The position numbers and the translations under genes are program-made. The notes beneath the pieces are model-generated. The model was not told the DNA's origin. It made no database searches and saw nothing but the letters and a program-made list of their open reading frames with translations. A DNA stretch of 62,788 nt, filler included, from Octopus bimaculoides (taxonomy: Eukaryota): assembly GCF_001194135.2 (NCBI RefSeq). It is 7 parts of 4 records of this genome, joined end to end, with 100 filler letters (N's around TTAATTAATTAA, not from the genome) between each part and the next. Parts side by side here need not be neighbours in the genome. Positions count along the whole stretch, not along the records: positions 47,033 to 62,788 come from NC_068983.1; 6 more parts are not named here. One strand, 5' to 3'. Below are positions 55,209 to 62,788 of this stretch, piece after piece. Numbering within the stretch: the stretch's first letter is position 1; each line of letters starts with the position of its first letter.

Positions 55209-55447
55209 CATCATTTAACACCTGTTTTCCATGCTAGCATGGATTGTACGGTTTGACAGTAGCTGGCAAGGCCAAGGGCCATAACTGGCTCCATTGTCTG
55301 TTTTGCCATGGCTTCTACAGCAGGATGCCCTTCCTAACACCAACCCCGTTACAGAGTATACCAAGTGCCTTTTTTACATGATACCAGCACTGATGCTTTT
55401 TATGTGGCACCAGCACTGACAGGGTCACCAAGTACCTTGCAAGACAA
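55209..55447 (-). mobile_element. Family C variant in intron
   Basis: CATCATTTAAC..TTCCATGC..GGATGCCCTTCCTAACACCAACC. Confidence 0.75.
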
Positions 55448-55641
55448 AAAAGAAAAAAGGCAAAGCCCCTCCCCACAACTGGGAGTAGGAAGAAGTATAG
55501 GCATGGGGGTGGCTTTGTGTCAGTTGAGTAATTAAAGGTACAGAGGGAGAGAGAGGCTAGAGATAGGTGTACCCTAGTCAAAATAAGCATTTGTATTGCA
55601 ACCAAAATTCTAATATTATTGTTCTCATCACCAATCTGCAG

Positions 55642-55899
55642 CTTGTCCCCCAAACAAGTATGGCAACAACTGTGAGAATGACTGCCAATGTGGGAAGGCT
55701 GGCATTTGTAATCCACAGGATGGAACATGTCAGTGTAAAATGGGTTGGAGTGGCGAAACTTGTGAAGAATCCTGTCCATCCGGTCGATATGGTCCCGACT
55801 GCGTACACACATGTCAGTGTCAAAACAAGGGAACGTGTGATCCAGTCACGGGTTGTTGTACCTGTGCAAATGGCTACTATGGACAACTCTGTGAAATTC
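55642..55899 (+). CDS. Exon (2 EGF repeats)
   Basis: ctgcag|..|gtaagt; 258 nt, phase 1-1; SCPPNKYGNNCENDCQCGKAGICNPQDGTCQCKMGWSGETCEESCPSGRYGPDCVHTCQCQNKGTCDPVTGCCTCANGYYGQLCEI; absent from the ORF track. Confidence 0.95.
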
Positions 55900-56100
55900 G
55901 TAAGTAACTCTTGAATTTTCTTTGCTTGTTGTTTTCGGAGATATGTAGCAGAAAACTGCTTACCATCTGAAGAGAGAATGAATAATTTATGAATTCTTTA
56001 TATTTCGAGCAATGCACTCAACAACAGAAATAAATAAAGAATTGTCAGAGGTTTGCTACAATCTCTGAAAATTCCAAGTTTACTTCTGTAGATGGGTGAA

Positions 56101-56323
56101 TCACCTTTTGTTACCAACCCACCTGAAACAGCCTCTGACTCTGTGGTACAAATGTCTTGTTTTCAAGTTTTGAATTAAAATCTTCTACCAAACTTTAGTC
56201 ACAATTTATGTTCCTAACACTAGTTTAATGATAACTAAGTGATTTTACTAAATTTTATTGTTGTATTCAAAATTAATTGAAAGAAACACAGAGCATCTCA
56301 ACAGAAATATGGTAACAAAAGGG
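56101..56323. mobile_element. piggyBac-like MITE
   Basis: CCTTTTGTTACCA / TGGTAACAAAAGG-G|TTAA; left TTAA degenerate. Confidence 0.5.
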
Positions 56324-56682
56324 TTAACAAACCATTAATTATTCTCTTTTCAGATTGTAAAAAGTTCTCCATTGTGTTTCTATATTTCACATCGTCCATC
56401 ATCATTTAATGCCCATTTTCTAGACTGGTCACTCATTTGCTTCATCCGATCCTCTATATCACAATGCTTCAAGTAAACTACAAAATGCTTCTCAGATTAA
56501 TTATATTTGTCAGATGGTGCTTTAGTGCTGAGAAAATTAACTTTTGCTATTGGCCAGCTGAAATGTTTCAAGAGGAGGGGACCACTTTGATAAGGAGGTG
56601 CAATGAAAATGGCCTGCAGAAAGGTTCTGTAGGTTTGTGGTTTCAGTTGCACAAAGAAAGACTGAGACCTGACACACACTCA

Positions 56683-57340
56683 CACAAGCCTTGTGAGTGG
56701 ATTTAGTAGATGGGAACTGAAAGAAGCCCTTGTGTATTTGTTTGGATCTCCTTGTCTTGACATCACCTGATAGCTGTAAAGGAGTGTAACCACCATAAAA
56801 GTGGGGTCATTTGTTTCTAATCAGTGCAAACATGTCTGGCCATGGAGAAATATTACCTTGCTTGAAAAAAAAGTGAGGGTTGGTGACAGGAAGGGTACCC
56901 AGCCATAGAAAACCTGCCCTAAAAAATTTGTCTGACCCATGCAAGAATGGAAAACCATCATCTTTTAATGTTTGTATTCCATACTGGCAGAGGTTGGACG
57001 GTTTGACAGGATCCAATGTGTCAGAGGAGTGTACTGAGTTCCAAAATCTGCTTTGACATGAATTCTGTGGCTGGATGCCCTTCCTAATGCCAACCACCAC
57101 ACAGAAAGTACTGAGTGCATATTTGTGGCACCAACACTAGTGAAGTCCCCCAGTTGCAAGACAAAGCTTCTTGACAGAGTTGGGGGTGCAGTATTAAGGA
57201 AGGTGGCTTTATGCCAGGTGTTGAGTTTAAAGCATGATAGGACAGGAACAGGTGTCTGACTGTAGAGGAGACACATGGCTACCCCAGGAGGAAAGGGAGG
57301 AGGTGGAAAAGAAGTGTCAGGGCATAGCCACACAGTACAA
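56683..57340. mobile_element. Chimeric SINE A body with RTE-like tail (+, 56683-56955) tail-to-tail with a family C variant (-, 56955-57340)
   Basis: CCTTGTGAGTGGATTT..AACTGAAAGAAGCCC followed by GTTGGTGACAGGAAGGG..ACCCATGCAAGAATGGAAAA. Confidence 0.7.
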
Positions 57341-58132
57341 GGAAGCAGATAAAGTGAGAACAAGGACTGAATTGAGTGAACATGGATGAAGAAGGTAAAA
57401 TCAATGGTGAATCTTAGTTTGTGGGGAAAGTAAAACAGAAGTAGGTCAGGGAAAATGTGACAGGTGACGAAATATATGAAACATGGGTGGTGGGGGAGGA
57501 AAGCAACAATAGATGAGAAACAGTGAAATGATGTGTGGAGAAGGGGGAAGATGCCTGGTGGCAGAAGAAGGTCAAAGGAAAGTAAGGGGGGGAACATAGT
57601 GACAAAGGTGGGGTGGGGCATTGATGGCAGACATGAAAGAATGTGTAGGGAAAAAGGGGGAATTCAGTGGAGAACTAAAGTGGTTAAGGGACGATATTGA
57701 GAATGCAGGATGGGTGACAAGTGGTTCCAGGAGAGAAATAATTGGTAACAATACAAAAGGAAGATGAAATAAGTAGAGTTTTGCATTTATAGAATTCTAG
57801 GGGTGAAGAAGGGAAGGGTATCAACAGGGTGGGTCATAATGAAGGCTTGACAAGTAGAGATATATTTTTTTAGGGCCTTGTTTGTTTGGGTGGGTTTTTT
57901 TGTTTTTTTGCTGAACTGGATGGATCTTCTCAAACACAGTGAATTGCAAGCATCTCGGTCCTTCTGTGATCTCCTCTGTGAAGCTTAACAACCTGAGGTC
58001 GTTTTCATTACTTTGTCCCACATCTTCCTGGGGTCTCCTTCTTTCACAAGTTCTATCCACATTTCTAATATTTACAGTGGGATTCCGTGAAATGGTAAAA
58101 GAGAATTACATATTGTTTCCTAATATTTTCAG

Positions 58133-58261
58133 AGTGTCCTCCAGGATCTCATGGTTTCTATTGTAAAGAACGGTGTGACTGTGAGAACGAAGCATTGTGT
58201 GATCCAGCCACGGGTCAATGTAAATGCAAGCCGGGATTCATAGGAAATCGCTGTGAAAAAG
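58133..58261 (+). CDS. Exon (1 EGF repeat)
   Basis: tttcag|..|gtctgt; 129 nt, phase 1-1; QCPPGSHGFYCKERCDCENEALCDPATGQCKCKPGFIGNRCEK. Confidence 0.93.
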
Positions 58262-58591
58262 GTCTGTATGATATTTTTTCAACTTTTTACTTCACCAAAT
58301 ATATGTTCAAATTGAGATCTCTTTCCAAGAAAGTTTATTTTTTTTACCAGTTCCAACCAGATAGTGGTGGCCATACTACAGCACAACCCTAAATAATTAC
58401 GTAAACAACATTCTGTGTTTGGTAAACTGCTGCCCTTGCATATCGTTGGATGTGATTGAGGTTGATCTAAGATCTTTTAACTGGCACTCCATCAGTTATG
58501 ACAAGTGTTTCAGTTGATCCAATCAACGGAGCAGTTTACTCATGAAATTAACATGCAAGTGGCTGAGTACTCCACAGATACATGTACCCTT

Positions 58592-59050
58592 AAAGGTGGC
58601 AAGCTGGCAGAAACGTTTGCATGCCGGGCGAAATGCTTAGCAGTATTTCGTCTGCTGTTACGTTCTGAGTTCAAATTCCGCCGAGGTCGACTTTGCCTTT
58701 CTTCCTTTCGGGGTCGATAAATTAAGTACCGGTTATACACTGGAGTCGATATAATCGACTTAATTCCTTTGTCTGTCTTTGTTTGTCCCCTTTATGTTTA
58801 GTCCCCTTGTGGGCAGTAAAGAAATAAGACACATATAAGCTTAATATAGTCCTCAGGGAGATTCAGCTTTATGCAGAATGGGTCAAGCCTGGCCCTTTGA
58901 AATGCAGGTACAATTCACTTTTACCAGCTGAGTGAACTGGAGCAATGTGAAATAAAGTGTCTTGTTTAAGGACACAATGCACTGCCGGGAATTGAACACA
59001 CGACTTTATGATCACAAGCAAAACATCCTAACCAGTGAGCCATTAAGCCC
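58592..59050. mobile_element. SINE family B (+, 58592-58830) and SINE family G (-, 58850-59050)
   Basis: Family B consensus motifs; family G CAGCTGAGTGAACTGGAGCAA..AAATAAAGTGTCTTG shared with 1640-1790. Confidence 0.8.
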
Positions 59051-59358
59051 TCACTATAACACATGGCTTAGTGGTTACGGCATTCTACTGAGCTCTTTCA
59101 CACTTCTTAAACCCCTACATTTACAAATATTTTTTCAACACTTACATAATCTTCTTAATTATATTTCGCTGCTCCTTCTCTCTGGTGACCACCCCCACCC
59201 AACAAGTCTCTATCATATTTTTTCTTTTCTTCTAATGAAGGACTCGTGTTTAAAACATTAAGAATCTTCCCCTTATTTTTAAGTATTAAACTAGAACAGA
59301 ATTTGTTCACGCTTATCTTTCCCATGTTGTCTTTCTTTTTGTTCATAGCATTTACAGC

Positions 59359-59641
59359 ACATTATTTATATTTGACGGATATTTGTCCTCATCTTGTATC
59401 TTGTTAACGTTTCAGCTGATATACCCTCCACCCTTCATCAGGTGTCTTGGGGAAATTTCAAACCTGGATTCTCATTCCTAAGGTATTTTTCGATGTTGTT
59501 GTTATTATTATTATTATTATTCAGGTCACTGCCTGGAATCAAACTCGGAATCTTGGGGTCAGTAGCCCATGCTCTTAACCACTACGCTATATACCTGTGG
59601 GCTACTAACCCCAAGATTCCAAGTTTGATTCCAGGCAGTGA

Positions 59642-59686
<45 letters not shown>

Positions 59687-59815
59687 CATTGAAAAATACC
59701 TTAGGAATGAGAACCCAGGTTCGAAATTTCCCCAAGACAGCTGGATAGTATTGCCGAAACGTTGTGTTAACAACAAACAAGATGAGGACAAATATCCGTC
59801 GAATGTAAATAATGT
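59359..59815. mobile_element. Head-to-head inverted pair of family D elements with tRNA-like head and degenerate hammerheads
   Basis: Arms 59359-59569 and 59598-59815, 28-nt loop; minus-strand head TAGCGTAGTGGTTAAG..GGGCTACT(A/G)ACCCC..GAGTTTGATTCC. Confidence 0.88.
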
Positions 59816-60145
59816 ACATAATAATTCCTCATCTCTTAAATATAGAACTATAGATCCGATCTGTTCCGATGTCCTCATCCAGGAATGACTAAGCTGATGG
59901 TAACTGGGGATTAAATTAATTCAAAAATACATCCAAATTATTGAACATTATTTTGTCTCTAAAGATGAGATCAATGATCCAGAACCAGCATAATTTTCTG
60001 CATTTGTTTATATCTTCTTATTGGCAACATTAGAAATCAATGAGAAATGTATGAATGCCACCACTTCTTGTTTCTCCATGCCTAATATGGAATTTGTTGT
60101 CTGAATAAAATCTAATGTTTTATTTTATTTTTCTTCTTTTACCAG

Positions 60146-60271
60146 AATGTGAACCCGGGACCTTTGGTTTACACTGTCAAGAGAAATGCGACTGTGCTTC
60201 TTACGGCTGCAACCCAGTCACAGGGGAATGCAAATGTCCCTCAGGATACGCTGGAACCAGGTGTGAAAGAG
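60146..60271 (+). CDS. Exon (1 EGF repeat)
   Basis: accag|..|gtaaat; 126 nt, phase 1-1; ECEPGTFGLHCQEKCDCASYGCNPVTGECKCPSGYAGTRCER. Confidence 0.95.
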
Positions 60272-60539
60272 GTAAATATATTTTCACTTCACTGAACCAG
60301 TGGTGGTGGTGGTGGTGCAGGTTGTGATGAGAATGATGATGGTAGTGACAGTAGTGCTGATGGTGGTGGTAGTGGTGGTGATGACAATTGTAATGATGAT
60401 GATACTGACAATGAAGATGGCGGAGGTGATGGTGATGACATTGTTACTACCCTAAGAAGTGATGATGATGATGATGATGATTTGAGTGTAACATTGGTAC
60501 AAGACCACAACATTAAGCAATGTAGTTGCCTTGTATAAA

Positions 60540-60722
60540 GATGGAAAGCTGGTGGAATTGGTAGCACGCTGGGCAAAGTGCTCAGCAGCATTTCATGGGC
60601 CTCTGCGTCCTGAGTTCAAATGCCACCATGGTTGATCTCACCTTCCATACTTTTGGGGGTTGATGTAATCACTTGTCCCCTCCCCCAAAACTGTTGACCT
60701 TGTGCCAAAATTTAAAACCAAT
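60540..60722 (+). mobile_element. SINE family B, diverged
   Basis: CCTGAGTTCAAATGCC..CCTTGTGCCAAAATTT. Confidence 0.65.
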
Positions 60723-60985
60723 ATAATGCCTTGCGTGAACCTCAGTATATTACTGGTACTCTATCAAGCCCAAAAGCTGAAAGGCCAAGCCAACTTAGAT
60801 GGAATTTGAAATTAGGAAAAGAATGTCACTAAATACCACAAGGTATTTTTGTCCAAAGCTCTAGTAACTTGATCAATTCACCACCATGAGGATGATGATA
60901 ACAGTAATTGCTATAAGCAATAGTAGTGGTGGTGGTGATGATGATGATAGACAGACCATCTTCCACTTTCTCTTTTTTATTCCAG

Positions 60986-61120
60986 CATGTCATGAAGGCC
61001 GCTATGGTCCAAACTGTCGCTACACCTGTGAGTGTGACAACTATGGAACATGTGACCCCATGTCCGGTCACTGTAACTGCCTAGACGGTTGGATTGGTGC
61101 TAAATGTGAACTCACAACAG
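60986..61120 (+). CDS. Exon (1 EGF repeat plus short extension)
   Basis: ttccag|..|gtattt; 135 nt, phase 1-1; ACHEGRYGPNCRYTCECDNYGTCDPMSGHCNCLDGWIGAKCELTT. Confidence 0.95.
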
Positions 61121-61369
61121 GTATTTATCTACACACCATTTCGTTGCTTTCTTTTCCGTTTTAACTTGTCGCAGGGGACTTTTTTTTGTTGTTGGTCTGG
61201 TCTGTGGTGGTGACTGGTTGAGTTGGTGAATGAAAATGTGTTTCTTGGGTTGCATGTGGAAGTAACTGAACAACACTCGTGAACATTTAACAGAATATTC
61301 CATTATCGCACATAAGGACGAAATACATTGACCCTTTACAGATAGCAATAACAACGAAATGAAGATGGT

Positions 61370-62562
61370 ATGCTTCTCTGGATGTGCAATTGTCAGTGTG
61401 CATGTTCAACAGAGTGTAAACATCTTGAGAGAAAAGTTGAGCATAAGAGGCATCAGATGTGGTGTGCAAGAGAGACGACTGTGCCTGTGTGGCCATGTGA
61501 TGCATATAGACAGGGAAAGAAGTGCCAATCTCTAGCTGCAGAGGGAACTTGTGGTAGAGGTAGACCCAGGAAGACATGGGACGAGGTAATGAAGCATGAT
61601 CTTCGAATGTTGGGACCCATGGAGGCAATAACAAGTGACCGAGACCTTTGGAGATTGCTTGAGAAGACTTGTCAAGTGAAATCATAGTTGTGGTCATTGC
61701 TGGAGTCACGTAACTGGCACCCGTGCCAGTGGCATGTAAGAAGAACCGTTCAAGTGTTGGGGCTCAGTGCCACACCCTAGCATTTGAGGGAGCCTGTGGA
61801 AGAGGAAGACCTGGGATGAGGTGCTAAAGCATGACCTTTGAACTTTAGGCCTCACCGAGGCAATGACTTGTGACCGTTGCCAGAAGTGTGGCCAGCTCAT
61901 TTATTCGTATCTTTACTTCATTGGACACTAAACTCTGCTTGCGAAGACCCGTTGAGGCAAGTGAATTTGAAATCTGAAATTGAAATCGAACCGAATCCGA
62001 CAACTGGCACCCATGCCAACCTCTCCTTCATTGGACACTAAACTCTGCTTGTGACGACCTGTTGGGGCAAGTAAAATCGAAATCGTAATTGAACCATATT
62101 CGATGACTGGCACCTGTGCCAGTGGAGCACTAACAGCACCGTCCGAGAGTGTTAATTGCCAGAGCAGCTGTCTGGCTTCCATGCTAGTAGCCTGTAAATA
62201 GCACCATTTCAGCGTAATTGTTACTAGCGTTGCCTTCTAGCACATGTGCTGGTGGCACATTAGAAAATCATTGGAGCGAGATCATTGCCAGTGCTGCTGG
62301 ACTACCTCCCGTGCAGGTGGCACATAAAAAGCACCTATTTGAGCGTGGCCGTTGCCAGTACCGTGTGAATGGCCCTTGTACCAGTGGCATGTAAAAGCAC
62401 CCGCTACACTCTCAGAGTGGTTGGCGTTAGGAAGGGCATCCAGCTGTAGAAACTCTGCCAGATCAGATTGGAGCCTGGTGCAACCTTCGGCTTACCAGTC
62501 CTCAGCCAAACCGTTCAACCCATGCCAGCATGGAAAGCGAACATTAAATGATGATGTTGATG
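61370..62562 (+). mobile_element. RTE-clade LINE 3' end (ORF C-terminus, 3'UTR, TGA tail)
   Basis: ERRLCLCGHVMH..EGTCGRGRPRKTWDEVMKHDLRMLG..DRDLWR; second copy of this block at ~61785-61880; ~110-bp tandem duplication at 61917-62120; ends ATGATGTTGATGAT. Confidence 0.85.
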
Positions 62563-62564
62563 AT

Positions 62565-62788
62565 ATATATATATTTATATAATATATGTATGTATGTATG
62601 TATGTATGTATATATATATATAATATGTATGTATGTATGTATATATATATAATATGTATGTATGTATGTATATATATATAATATATATGTATGTATGTAT
62701 ATATATATAATATATATGTATGTATGTATATATATATAATATATATGTATGTATGTATATATATATAATATATATGTATGTATGTATA
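62565..62788. repeat. Compound (TA)n-A-(TATG)n minisatellite, ~30-bp period
   Basis: Repeating TATATATATAATAT(AT)GTATGTATGTA. Confidence 0.9.

Overview
Repeat- and microsatellite-saturated eukaryotic DNA with many N gaps. The repeat families suggest Octopus, but that is my recall-based inference. Six N44-TTAATTAATTAA-N44 spacers are artificial six-frame-stop joins, so long-range contiguity is not guaranteed. The only host coding sequence I can support is five symmetric phase-1 exons (54480-61120, +) encoding seven ~43-aa EGF repeats of a MEGF6/10/11/draper-type protein; the gene is incomplete in this window. Most ORF-track entries are microsatellite or gap artefacts. The rest is decayed mobile DNA: tRNA-derived SINEs, RTE, R4/Dong, L1/Tx1, mariner, hAT, Kolobok-like, Helitron and Penelope remnants. 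The most notable signal is a set of repeat-borne hammerhead ribozyme motifs. (1) A multi-copy family whose three hammerhead strands appear in non-circularly permuted order, with covarying stems (39370-39425 +, 26817-26871 -). (2) An intact minimal type I hammerhead (33042-33087) in an element whose other copy has a tRNA-Ser-like Pol III head; both copies sit in head-to-head inverted duplications. (3) A decayed type III hammerhead (22721-22795) about 1.2 kb downstream of a Penelope GIY-YIG remnant. None of these has been tested for activity.
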